From: Bacteroidota bacterium
GTDB taxonomy: Bacteria > Bacteroidota > Bacteroidia > NS11-12g > UBA9320
Direction: 5' to 3'
Assembly: GCA_002746305.1 (NCBI GenBank)
Contig: NVWV01000004.1
Span: forward strand, 5,614 to 69,613
DNA length: 64,000 bases
Shown here: positions 18,014 to 28,094 of the stretch, piece by piece
Layout: each line of letters starts with the position of its first letter
How positions within the stretch are numbered: the first letter of the stretch is position 1
The notes under the pieces: model-generated
What the model was told of the DNA's origin: nothing
The model's database searches: none
What the model saw: only the letters and a program-made list of their open reading frames with translations
Translations under genes and position numbers: made by a program

Positions 18014-19435
18014 ATGAAAAAAGTAGCTCTGCATTGGCAGGTAATAATTGCTTTGATCCTAGGTGTTATTTATTCTGTGCTGGCGGTAATGAATGGCTGG
18101 GTAGATTTTACCGCCGATTACATCGCTCCTTTTGGTAAGATATTTGTAAATATCTTGAAACTTATTGCCGTACCTATGGTATTGTTTTCGATTATTTCGG
18201 GCATTGGTAGTCTTAAGAACATTCGGCAATTAGGAAGGGTTGGTGTCAAAACACTTTTAATATATGTAGCGACTACTATGAGTGCTATCCTCATAGGTTT
18301 ACTTTTTGTCAACCTTATTCGACCAGGGGACTTTCCATCTGAAGAGTCAAGAATAGAAAAGCGTATTGAATATGAACTTTGGCTTGCTGAAACCCCTAGT
18401 GCACCAAGACTGGACGATGTAAGTTTTCTTACAGACCCAGTGTATGCCGTGAAGGTAGATGAAGTAAAAGCTAGACTCTCTGTAACAACTCTTGATGCTA
18501 CTACACTGAAGAGATTGGCCGACGCGGAAAGTGAAAAGACGAAAGGTCCTTTGGATAAATTAGTTGATATTTTTCCCAGTAACATTTTTCATGCATTTTC
18601 GGATAAAGACGGGAAGTCCAATATGCTTCAGGTCATATTTTTTGCGATTCTATTTGGGGTTATATTGGTAAAACTGCCTAAGAAAGACGGGAAACCCGTT
18701 AAGAAAGTAATTAATGGACTTAATGAAGTGTTTATTGGGATGATAAACGCAGTAATAAAGGTGATGCCCATTTTTGTTTTTGCATTAATGGCTGGAAGTT
18801 TAGTCAAATCGGCAGGAGAAAACATGGATAAGCTAATGGAGCAATTACTTTTCCTCGGTCATTATTCCTGGGTTCTGATTTTAGCTTTGGCTGTGGTAGC
18901 CTTTGTATATTATCCTCTGTTAATTCACCTTTTTGCAAAGAAAATGACCATTAAGCAGTTTTTGAAAGGCATTCGAGAAGCTCAGATTACCGCATTTAGT
19001 ACAAGCAGTAGCATGGCAACACTTCCAGTTACTATGGACTGTGTTAATGATAATCTAAAGGTACCAAAACCAATCTCAAGTTTTGTACTACCCATAGGAG
19101 CAACAGTAAATATGGATGGAACTAGTCTTTATCAAGCCGTAGCAGTAGTGGCCATGGCTCAGTTTCATATGATAGATTTGGATTTTACACAGCAGATGGT
19201 TATTGTATTAACGGCAACTTTAGCGAGCATAGGAGCTGCCGCTGTACCAAGTGCTGGCCTTGTCCTAATGATAGTGGTATTAGAGAGTGTAGGTTTAAAT
19301 CCTGCATGGATTGCTATCATTTTACCAGTAGATCGTATCTTGGATATGTGTAGAACAGTAGTTAATGTAACAGGAGATGCAGCAGTTTCTACTATTGTTG
19401 CAGCTACAGAAGAGGAAGTAAGTAAAACAAAATAA
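18014..19435 (+). CDS. Dicarboxylate/amino acid:cation symporter (GltP/SDF family)
   Basis: AFSTSSSMATLP, LPIGATVNMDGT, DRILDMCRTVVNVTGD. Start set at ATG 18014, just after TAACATTG. Confidence 0.93.
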   Translation: MKKVALHWQVIIALILGVIYSVLAVMNGWVDFTADYIAPFGKIFVNILKLIAVPMVLFSIISGIGSLKNIRQLGRVGVKTLLIYVATTMSAILIGLLFVNLIRPGDFPSEESRIEKRIEYELWLAETPSAPRLDDVSFLTDPVYAVKVDEVKARLSVTTLDATTLKRLADAESEKTKGPLDKLVDIFPSNIFHAFSDKDGKSNMLQVIFFAILFGVILVKLPKKDGKPVKKVINGLNEVFIGMINAVIKVMPIFVFALMAGSLVKSAGENMDKLMEQLLFLGHYSWVLILALAVVAFVYYPLLIHLFAKKMTIKQFLKGIREAQITAFSTSSSMATLPVTMDCVNDNLKVPKPISSFVLPIGATVNMDGTSLYQAVAVVAMAQFHMIDLDFTQQMVIVLTATLASIGAAAVPSAGLVLMIVVLESVGLNPAWIAIILPVDRILDMCRTVVNVTGDAAVSTIVAATEEEVSKTK

Positions 19436-19540
19436 TACGTAAATTATAAGGAATCGATGAAATCAAACATTACTTTAAGATGTCATATATTTTATAATGT
19501 TAGTTCCATGTAAAGGTTCTATTTGCAAAAGCATAAATAA

Positions 19541-21616
19541 ATGAAAAAAATACTACATATACTTTTAGGATTGTCATTCACACTTGCAGCTACTGCTCAG
19601 TGTGGTACGGATGAGTATAACAGACGTTTGGTTCAAGACAAGGTGCAGCCTGGGGAAAACTACGTGGACTACTTAGAAAGAACCAGAGGGTTTGAATTCG
19701 ATGAGAATTATAATGCCAAGACAAAAAAGGCCATAAGAACAATTCCTGTTGTATTTCATATAGTCCATGCCTATGGAGAAGAGAATATTTCAAAAGCTCA
19801 GATTGAAGATCAAATGAGAATCATCAATGAGGATTTTCAACGATTGAATGCAGATACGTCATCTACACGTGCATACTTTAAGAGTAGAGCAGCCAATTTT
19901 GAATTGGAATTTAAACTGGCAAGAATTGCTCCGGATGGTTCCTGTACAGAAGGAATTACAAGGACCTATGATCCTATTAATACTTTTGAGAACTATAGTG
20001 ATTTCGATGAAGAGGTCAAGACAGCTGTTAAACCTTGGGACAGATCTAAATATCTGAATATTTGGATAGTCTCGGAAATACTAAGTACAGGAGAGGGGAC
20101 AATTTTGGGCTATGCTCAGTTTCCTGGTCAAGGGTCTTCTACAGATGGCGTTGTCGAAATTCATGATAGAATTGGTACGATTGGTACCGCGAATGCAGGA
20201 GATAAGGGGCGTACATTGACACATGAGATTGGCCACTGGTTAGGATTGTACCACCCGTTTCAGGGAGGATGTACGTCAAACAATAACTGGACTGATAGAG
20301 TTAGTGATACTCCTCCTGTAAAGGAGTCTTCATTTGGCTGCACGGCAAGTCAAAATCCAAATACATGTTCCAATGATTTCCCCAATGAAATAGATAATGT
20401 TGAGAATTTTATGGATTATGCAAATGGAAGTTGTATGAACATGTTTACTAATGGTCAAAAATCTAGGGTAAATGGATATCTGGGAAGTACAAGTGGTAGA
20501 GGAACAAATGTTTCTGCGGCAACTCTTGCAGCAACAGGAGTGAATACAAATCCAAGCTGTGGTCCTATTGCAGATTTTTGGTACGATTCGGATAAAACAA
20601 CTATTTGTGCTGGAGGTACTATTGATTTTAAAGACCTGAGTTACGATGGAGTAATAACATCTAGAACTTGGACCTTTTCTGGAGGTACTCCTTCTGTTTC
20701 TACATTTGAAGACCCTACGGTAACTTATAACACACCAGGAGTGTATAAGGTAGAGCTGGAAGTGTCGAATAACGAGGGCTCGGACAAAATGGAAAGGGAC
20801 TTCTTCATTACCGTTTTACCAACAACGGCTGTCTTACAATCTCCATATGGTCAAGATTTTGAATCTAACAATTCTATTAATGGATGGGATTTGCAAACAG
20901 ATTACTTTGGAAATGGATGGGATAGAAATACGTCTATTGGATATTCAGGAAATGAATCTTTGGAAATGGTAATAGATGCTCAAACTCCTGGATCTACTAG
21001 ATATTCAGTATTACTTCCTCCTGTTGATTTGACAACTTATGCAGGTTCTGTATCGATACATTATAAATATGCTTATGCAAGAAGAGTCTCTACAGCTTCG
21101 GAAATTTTATTGGTGTTAATCTCGGAAAATTGTGGTGAAACATGGAGAACACTGAAGGCCTATAATGGAGATAAATTAACCACTGGACCTACATCTCCTG
21201 GATGGACTCCATCTTCTGTTAGTGATTGGGCTAGAAATGAAATTGATGTGACACCTTATAACGACAATACTAATCTGTTTATTCGTTTTGACGTGATAAG
21301 TCAAAGCGGTAACTCCGTATTCTTGGATGACATAAATATTGGAGACTTTGCACTATCAGTTCCATCGTATGAAAACGATTTTGAACTATCCATAATTCCT
21401 AACCCTGCCCAGAACTTTGTACAGGTGAAAATGGCAAAAAATGTGAATGATGCAATAGTTTCTATTGTTGATATCACAGGACGATTACTTTTGCAGCAAA
21501 ATTTAGACCCATCAAATCAGTCAATTAATACGACTGACTTGACAAATGGGGTGTATACTGTTGTAGTAACATCACAAGATGGAGAGTGGTCTAAGAAATT
21601 GATAATCAATAAATAA
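19541..21616 (+). CDS. Secreted M43 (pappalysin-family) zinc metalloprotease with PKD domain and T9SS C-terminal domain
   Basis: Signal A|QCG (Cys switch), IPVVFHIV, HEIGHWLGLYH, Met-turn NFMDY, PKD WTFSGG, CTD IIPNPA...GVY...KKLIINK. Confidence 0.9.
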   Translation: MKKILHILLGLSFTLAATAQCGTDEYNRRLVQDKVQPGENYVDYLERTRGFEFDENYNAKTKKAIRTIPVVFHIVHAYGEENISKAQIEDQMRIINEDFQRLNADTSSTRAYFKSRAANFELEFKLARIAPDGSCTEGITRTYDPINTFENYSDFDEEVKTAVKPWDRSKYLNIWIVSEILSTGEGTILGYAQFPGQGSSTDGVVEIHDRIGTIGTANAGDKGRTLTHEIGHWLGLYHPFQGGCTSNNNWTDRVSDTPPVKESSFGCTASQNPNTCSNDFPNEIDNVENFMDYANGSCMNMFTNGQKSRVNGYLGSTSGRGTNVSAATLAATGVNTNPSCGPIADFWYDSDKTTICAGGTIDFKDLSYDGVITSRTWTFSGGTPSVSTFEDPTVTYNTPGVYKVELEVSNNEGSDKMERDFFITVLPTTAVLQSPYGQDFESNNSINGWDLQTDYFGNGWDRNTSIGYSGNESLEMVIDAQTPGSTRYSVLLPPVDLTTYAGSVSIHYKYAYARRVSTASEILLVLISENCGETWRTLKAYNGDKLTTGPTSPGWTPSSVSDWARNEIDVTPYNDNTNLFIRFDVISQSGNSVFLDDINIGDFALSVPSYENDFELSIIPNPAQNFVQVKMAKNVNDAIVSIVDITGRLLLQQNLDPSNQSINTTDLTNGVYTVVVTSQDGEWSKKLIINK

Positions 21617-23928
21617 TGTCGAAAAACCTAGTAATTGTCGAGTCACCTGCTAAAGCTAAAACCATAGAAAAATATCTTGGGAAAGATTTTATAGTAAAGT
21701 CCAGTTTTGGACATATCAGAGACCTTGCAAAAGGGGATGATGCTATAGATTTAGAAAAAGGGTACCTACCCAATTATATTATTTCTCCCGATAAAAAGAA
21801 AATAGTAGCCGAGCTGAAAAAGTTAGCCAAAGAAGCTGAAATGGTATGGTTAGCATCGGACGAGGACCGTGAAGGAGAGGCTATATCGTGGCACCTTTCA
21901 GAGGTGTTAAATCTTAAGCCGAGTAATACCAGAAGAATTGTCTTTCACGAAATTACCAAGTCGGCAATTTTACATGCTATAGAGAATCCAAGAGATATTG
22001 ATGAGAATCTAGTAAATGCACAACAGGCTAGACGGGTGCTTGATAGACTAGTGGGGTTCCAACTTTCTCCTGTACTATGGAAAAAGGTTAAACCAAGCTT
22101 AAGTGCTGGTAGAGTTCAAAGTGTTGCTGTTCGACTAATTGTAGAACGTGAAAAAGAAATTCAAGCATTTACGACATCTTCTTCATTTAAAATTCAAGGT
22201 AATTTTGAAGCTTCAAAAAAGTCTGTAAAGGCTGATTTATTCAAGAGACCAGAGACAGCAAAAGAAGCCAATTCATTTCTAGAAAGTTGTAAGGGTGCTA
22301 TTTTTAAGGTGGGTGATATAAAAGTATCTCCAGCCAAAAGAAATCCAGCCGCTCCATTTACTACTTCTACACTTCAACAAGAGGCTAGTAGAAAGTTAGG
22401 ATATAATGTTTCCAAAACGATGATGCTTGCACAGAGATTGTATGAGAATGGACACATTACTTATATGAGAACGGATTCAGTTAATTTATCCGAGTTTGCT
22501 CGAACGACTGCTCAGGAGGCTATTATAGCAGATTATGGTCAGGCATACAGTAATCCAAGAAAGTATGCTACTAAAAATGATAGTGCACAAGAAGCTCACG
22601 AGGCAATAAGACCAACAGCCTTTACGGTGTCCAATGCTGGAGATGATGATGGTCAAAAGAGATTATATCAACTAATTTGGAAACGAGCAATTTCATCACA
22701 AATGAGTTCTGCTGAACTTGAGCGAACGACTATCAATATAGAGAATGACAAGAATGCTGATGTTTTTAAAGCCAAAGGTGAGGTTATCAAGTTTGATGGT
22801 TTCTTAAAAGTTTACCTAGAAGGTAACGATGATGAGGATGAAGAAGAGGATAGCGGATTATTACCAAAAGTAACTGTGGGTGAAGAACTCGGAGTTATAG
22901 AAATAAGTGCTACAGAAAGATATACAAGACCACCTGCTAGATATACTGAAGCGAGTTTGGTGAAAAGATTGGAAGAGTTGGGTATCGGCAGACCAAGTAC
23001 CTATGCTCCAACCATTTCGACCGTGCAGAAGAGAGGGTACGTTGTAAAGGATGAAATAGAAGGTAAGACTAGAAAATACGAAACTCTGGTTCTTCAAAAT
23101 GATTCAATTACTCAGCAAACAAATACTGAAAATTATGGTGCAGATAAGAATAAAATGCATCCAAGTGATATCGGGAAAGTTGTTACTGATTTCTTAATTG
23201 AGCATTTTGGTCAAATAATGGATTATGGCTTTACCGCTTCTGTAGAAAAGGAATTTGATGAAATTGCTGATGGTATGAAGAATTGGTCGGCAATGATTGA
23301 TTCATTTTACAAACCATTCCATAAAGAAGTAGAAAAGACTTTAGAAACTGCTGATCGTGCTACAGGTGAACGTGCTTTGGGTAATGACCCGAAGTCTGGT
23401 AAGCCCATAATTGCCCGTATTGGAAGATTTGGTCCAATGGTGCAAATAGGTGAGCAAGATGATGAAGACAAACCTCGTTTTGCAAGTCTCGCTAAAGGTC
23501 AAAATATTGATAGTATTACACTAGAAGATGCCTTGGATTTATTTAAAATGCCTCGTATTCTAGGAAAGTTTGAGGATATAGATGTGAAAGCAAATATTGG
23601 TCGTTTTGGTCCTTATGTACAACATCAGAAAATGTTTGTATCTATTCCAAAAGAAGAGGATGTGATGACCGTAGAATTGCCGCGAGCTATCGAATTAATA
23701 GAAGCAAAGCGTATTATAGATGCCAATAAACTGATTAAAAAGTTTGATGAGGATGCAGATACTCAATTGCTAAATGGCCGATGGGGACCGTACATTAAAT
23801 CAGGTAAAAAGAATTTTAAGTTACCAAAGGATTTAGAAGACCCTTCTAAACTTACTTATGAAGAGGTAAAGCACATCATGGAAAATCAGCCTGCGAAGGG
23901 TAAAAAAGCTCCAAAGAAGAAAAAATAA
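21616..23928 (+). CDS. topA: DNA topoisomerase I
   Basis: LVIVESPAKAKTI, DEDREGEAI, SAGRVQS, ITYMRTDS, AQEAHEAIRPT, C-terminal GRFGP repeats. Confidence 0.97.
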   Translation: MSKNLVIVESPAKAKTIEKYLGKDFIVKSSFGHIRDLAKGDDAIDLEKGYLPNYIISPDKKKIVAELKKLAKEAEMVWLASDEDREGEAISWHLSEVLNLKPSNTRRIVFHEITKSAILHAIENPRDIDENLVNAQQARRVLDRLVGFQLSPVLWKKVKPSLSAGRVQSVAVRLIVEREKEIQAFTTSSSFKIQGNFEASKKSVKADLFKRPETAKEANSFLESCKGAIFKVGDIKVSPAKRNPAAPFTTSTLQQEASRKLGYNVSKTMMLAQRLYENGHITYMRTDSVNLSEFARTTAQEAIIADYGQAYSNPRKYATKNDSAQEAHEAIRPTAFTVSNAGDDDGQKRLYQLIWKRAISSQMSSAELERTTINIENDKNADVFKAKGEVIKFDGFLKVYLEGNDDEDEEEDSGLLPKVTVGEELGVIEISATERYTRPPARYTEASLVKRLEELGIGRPSTYAPTISTVQKRGYVVKDEIEGKTRKYETLVLQNDSITQQTNTENYGADKNKMHPSDIGKVVTDFLIEHFGQIMDYGFTASVEKEFDEIADGMKNWSAMIDSFYKPFHKEVEKTLETADRATGERALGNDPKSGKPIIARIGRFGPMVQIGEQDDEDKPRFASLAKGQNIDSITLEDALDLFKMPRILGKFEDIDVKANIGRFGPYVQHQKMFVSIPKEEDVMTVELPRAIELIEAKRIIDANKLIKKFDEDADTQLLNGRWGPYIKSGKKNFKLPKDLEDPSKLTYEEVKHIMENQPAKGKKAPKKKK

Positions 23929-23990
23929 TCTTTTAATTTTCTGAAATTTTAGAGGAAGTCTTTTCCTTTTCTATATTTGGTACGAACTAA

Positions 23991-24896
23991 ATGATTAACG
24001 AAAAAGAACTCCGCTCTATGCTTTATTTACTCGACGATGAAGATTATCGGGTTGTAGAGCAGATAGAGGTTGAAATTACCGCAATGGGTAATGAGGTAAT
24101 TCCTTTTCTAGAAAAAATTTGGCCAGAGGAAGGAAACACTGGACGTCAAGAACGAATAATAGAACTGATTAAGACTATTGGGCAGTTGTCATTGGCCAAT
24201 TCATTTAAAAGTTGGCTTGATACTGAAGAGCAAGACTTATTGGATGGTTTATTGATTATCAATCAGATTATCGAACCTAATATAGATAAACAGCTCATCG
24301 AAAATCAACTGGATAAAATAAAGTTGGATGCATGGTTAGAGCTTAATTATGATCTTACTTCTTTTGAAAAGGTTAAAATTCTAAATCACATTTTTTTTGA
24401 TGTACATAAGTTTAAAGGAGATACTGAGGACTACCACCACAGTAAAAACTCTTTTATTAGCTCCGTATTAGAGCGAAAGAAAGGTAATCCTATATCTCTA
24501 GCTGTTATATACTCTATCGTTGCTCAACGTCTCAATATTCCTATTTATGGAGTTAATCTACCACAGCATTTTGTGTTAGGTTATGTTAAGGAGTTTGATT
24601 GGTTTCCCCTGAAGAATTTTAACGATGAATCTTCGTTAAGTGATGAAGCCGGAAGTGAAATTATGTTCTATATCAATCCATTTAATAATGGTCTGATTTT
24701 TAATCACGATAATATTCATAAATTCTTAAAGAAATTGAAGCTTGAATCTAAAGAGGACTATTTTAAGGCATGCACTAATAAAAGTATTTTACTTCGGATA
24801 TTGAGAAACTTAGAGGTCTCTTTTGGTAAGGAGAATAACGAAATCAAGTTGGAACAAGTTAAAAAATTATTAAACGTACTTATTGCAGAAGATTAG
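23991..24896 (+). CDS. Transglutaminase-like (SirB1/Transglut_core2) family protein
   Basis: LLDDED N-terminus, VLERKKGNPISLAVIY, GVNLPQHF, YINPFN.G, ILLRILRNL. Confidence 0.8.
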   Translation: MINEKELRSMLYLLDDEDYRVVEQIEVEITAMGNEVIPFLEKIWPEEGNTGRQERIIELIKTIGQLSLANSFKSWLDTEEQDLLDGLLIINQIIEPNIDKQLIENQLDKIKLDAWLELNYDLTSFEKVKILNHIFFDVHKFKGDTEDYHHSKNSFISSVLERKKGNPISLAVIYSIVAQRLNIPIYGVNLPQHFVLGYVKEFDWFPLKNFNDESSLSDEAGSEIMFYINPFNNGLIFNHDNIHKFLKKLKLESKEDYFKACTNKSILLRILRNLEVSFGKENNEIKLEQVKKLLNVLIAED

Positions 24897-24900
24897 AAGG

Positions 24901-26358
24901 TCACTTTACTTTGACCTTATAAATATACTTTATACCATCAATCTTTCTTGAAACGATATTCAGAAGACTATCCGATTCGACGTTGTCTGATGTTCCACTT
25001 ATCAAAATAATTTTGCCTCTTAAATTGGTGTGAGAAATACGCTCTTTAAAATTACAGAATGTATGATCAAACCAATAGAAAGTGTCATTGGGATAAATAC
25101 GTGAAAGAGCTTCAGAATGTCTACTAAATTGCGTTTTATTCGCCATAAATAAGGCATATGATGGAGACGAAGAATAGTAGGTTTGAACTCCAGTTGGGGA
25201 CTCTATGCTTTGTGCGACCAAAGCGAATTGTCTCATACTTCTGCTGTATAGAGTTAACCTAACAAGTATGAATAAAAGAACTAGAGGGACCATAAGTTTT
25301 GTGTTCCATACTAAGTTTATTCCTTCAAATGCTAATAAGATAAAGACAGGTAAAATAGCATAGGAAACCACGAAATAATTGCTAGACGGCATTTTAAGAA
25401 TCAGCATAAAGAAAATAAAGAAGGAAACACAAATGGAGATAACTGCGATGCGGTTTACTTTTTTAACAAGACTGTAAGTGAGTCCAAGTACAAGAGTAAT
25501 AATAGGCAGACCATTGATACGAAGCAGTTTTAATAAATTAGAACTAAGGTCAGCTCCATACAAGCCGACTTCTCCTGCTCCATAAGAGCCAGTATGGCTA
25601 CCCACATTTACAATCCACTGTAAAAAAGGATTTAATTCACGAGACCATGCTATCCAAATAATGATTAGAGAAACTATCCCAAAAGGAAGTACAGCTCGAA
25701 ACAATTGTTTGCTTGGAATAAGGAACAACAAAGGGATTAGAAATGGAGCAATGGTGATTTTGGAAAGAATTGCAAATAGTATGCAGCAGACGATTTTCCA
25801 GGAAGCTACGGTTTTGTTTTGAGCTAGTCGTAAAATAATACTGCCAAGCCAAAGTCCCGCAATAACTAGATATGGTTCTGGTTTATTGGACCATATATTG
25901 AGGAAAATAACGGAGCTAAAGAAGAATGATAAAACAGCAAGAGACCACAACGTTTTGTTCTTCGTTACTTCGTATGTGAAAATGAGAAATTGGAAGAGAG
26001 TAAAAATGAATACAAAAAAGATAGTCAATGTAACCACGTGGAGATAAAGTTCGCTGTTGGTCAGAACATCTTGAGTCATAGATAAATCTACAAAGGACAT
26101 TCTAAGCAAGTAGACTACACCAATAATTAGAGCATTCCAAAGCTTCACAATTATTGCAGGTTGATCATTGATGCCAGATGGAAGGAGAGACCAATAGTCC
26201 AATCCTGAAATGAGGTAGGTGTAATTAACATCTCCGTTTTGATGCAACCAATGTGGTCCAGATACGAAGAAATTAATAAGACAAAATAGCCCGAAAAGTA
26301 GTGTGATGGCTATGGATATCCTTCGACCATTAAGTAGATATGATTGGAAGTTTACCAA
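24901..26358 (-). CDS. Polytopic membrane protein, possible GT-C (ArnT/PMT-like) glycosyltransferase
   Basis: About 11 TM helices; first loop D..Y.Y..(D)QP; KPEP and K..AP motifs; overlaps the DHS stop by 7 nt. Confidence 0.45.
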   Translation of the reverse strand: MVNFQSYLLNGRRISIAITLLFGLFCLINFFVSGPHWLHQNGDVNYTYLISGLDYWSLLPSGINDQPAIIVKLWNALIIGVVYLLRMSFVDLSMTQDVLTNSELYLHVVTLTIFFVFIFTLFQFLIFTYEVTKNKTLWSLAVLSFFFSSVIFLNIWSNKPEPYLVIAGLWLGSIILRLAQNKTVASWKIVCCILFAILSKITIAPFLIPLLFLIPSKQLFRAVLPFGIVSLIIIWIAWSRELNPFLQWIVNVGSHTGSYGAGEVGLYGADLSSNLLKLLRINGLPIITLVLGLTYSLVKKVNRIAVISICVSFFIFFMLILKMPSSNYFVVSYAILPVFILLAFEGINLVWNTKLMVPLVLLFILVRLTLYSRSMRQFALVAQSIESPTGVQTYYSSSPSYALFMANKTQFSRHSEALSRIYPNDTFYWFDHTFCNFKERISHTNLRGKIILISGTSDNVESDSLLNIVSRKIDGIKYIYKVKVK

Positions 26359-27317
26359 CCCAATACTTTTGCAAATACAAGCGGTGCAACAATGGTCGCA
26401 TCACTTTCAATAATATATTTTGGAGTGTCTTCTGCTAGTTTACCCCAGGTTATTTTTTCGTTAGGTACGGCACCCGAGTATGAGCCATAGCTTGTTGTGC
26501 TGTCACTGATTTGACAGAAATAGCTCCATAGAGGAGTGGGCCTTTCTAAATCTTGTTCGAGCATTGGTACAACGCATATGGGGAAATCCCCTGCTATACC
26601 TCCTCCGATTTGAAAAAATCCAAGACCTTGATCCTTAGTGTTCTCCGTATACCAATCAGCCAAAAAGGTCATGTATTCAATACCACTTTTCATAGTGGAA
26701 GGCTTTAGATTCCCCAGAATACAATTGCTTGCAAATATATTTCCAAGAGTGCTGTCTTCCCATCCCGGTACTACAATAGGTAGGTTCTTTTCAGCGGCTG
26801 CAAGCACCCAAGAATCTTTAGGGTCAATTTGATAGTGTTTTTCCAGACACCCATCTAAAAGCATTTGGTAAACGTATGCATGTGGAAGATGACGTTCTCC
26901 TTTGTTCTCGGCTGTCTTCCAAAAGTGTTCGATATTTCCTTGTATGCGTCTAAAAGCTTCTTCTTCAGGTATGCAGGTGTCAGTGACTCTATTGAGATGT
27001 CTATCTAGTAACTCCTGTTCTTGTTGAGGAGTGAGGTCTCTATAGTTAGGTATCCGTTCATAGTGCTCATGAGCCACAAGGTTCATAACATCTTCTTCCA
27101 GATTAGCACCCGTACAACTGATAATGTGAATTTTATCTTTGCGAATCATTTCAGCCAAAATTTTCCCCATCTCAGCAGTACTCATGGCACCAGCTAGGGT
27201 AACCATCATCTTATTTCCTTTTGCTAGTTGAGCATTGTACTCGTTTGCGGCATCTACAACTGTAGCAGCGTTGAAATGCAAAAAGTACTTGTCTATAAAA
27301 TCGCTTATTGGTTTCAT
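26352..27317 (-). CDS. Deoxyhypusine-synthase-like protein (probable homospermidine biosynthesis)
   Basis: LAGAMSTAE, TGANLEED, IGGGIAGDF, GSYSGAVPNEKITWGK, ESDATIVAP. Confidence 0.9.
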   Translation of the reverse strand: MKPISDFIDKYFLHFNAATVVDAANEYNAQLAKGNKMMVTLAGAMSTAEMGKILAEMIRKDKIHIISCTGANLEEDVMNLVAHEHYERIPNYRDLTPQQEQELLDRHLNRVTDTCIPEEEAFRRIQGNIEHFWKTAENKGERHLPHAYVYQMLLDGCLEKHYQIDPKDSWVLAAAEKNLPIVVPGWEDSTLGNIFASNCILGNLKPSTMKSGIEYMTFLADWYTENTKDQGLGFFQIGGGIAGDFPICVVPMLEQDLERPTPLWSYFCQISDSTTSYGSYSGAVPNEKITWGKLAEDTPKYIIESDATIVAPLVFAKVLGW

Positions 27318-27330
27318 TTGTAAATAAAGG

Positions 27331-28071
27331 TTAGGTATTGTCTGTTAAATAATTGATGCTTTTTTGATAATATTTTGATGATGTTTGATTTAAAAATTTG
27401 TGCCAAGAATCCTCTTCTCCTCTTTCAATTTTAAGTTTTGCAAGGACGAAGGAAATTATTTGATCAGGCAAATAGCCTTGAGTTTGCATGGACCATCCTT
27501 GGTGGGAACTTCCTGTCCATTGACCAAAACTAAATTTAGAGTTTGCTTGAAAAATTCCAAAACCGTAAACAATGCAAAGAAGATCTGTAAGATACTCATC
27601 GTTTTCTACTATTCTATCTTCTCCTAACAGTTTATAGTGTGCGATCTCATGGGCTATGGTTGCAATGAGTCCTGTAGTGGAATTCAATAATTCAAGTTCC
27701 AAAGAGATGTTAATTTTTTTACCTTGTTCAGAGTAGGTGCCAAGAGTACTATTCCAACTCTTGTCCATTTTATCGGATGGGTCCATTGTATATCCTTCTG
27801 AAAAATTTTGAGGTGTTTCTGAGAAGAATTTCAGTTTGATATTGCTTGGGTTTAGGGAGTAAATCTTGCAGATTTCTAGAATTAAGAATTTTGCATCATT
27901 TTCTGAATGATCAAATTTATAGTCGAAGATTTTATCCGATGGAGATATGGTTCTTAATGAAAAATACTCTTCTTCGCCAATCTCATTTTTAATCCATTGT
28001 AATTCTTCTTTAATCCACAACTCATCCTCCTGCGTTATTGGGGATTTGCTTTTACGATTCCAAAATGCCAT
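27331..28071 (-). CDS. Hypothetical zincin-like (HExxH) protein
   Basis: IATIAHEIAH..L..NDEYLTDL..GFGIF.AN motif. Confidence 0.6.
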   Translation of the reverse strand: MAFWNRKSKSPITQEDELWIKEELQWIKNEIGEEEYFSLRTISPSDKIFDYKFDHSENDAKFLILEICKIYSLNPSNIKLKFFSETPQNFSEGYTMDPSDKMDKSWNSTLGTYSEQGKKINISLELELLNSTTGLIATIAHEIAHYKLLGEDRIVENDEYLTDLLCIVYGFGIFQANSKFSFGQWTGSSHQGWSMQTQGYLPDQIISFVLAKLKIERGEEDSWHKFLNQTSSKYYQKSINYLTDNT

Positions 28072-28094
28072 TATTCAATCTTTTGTTTGTCAAG

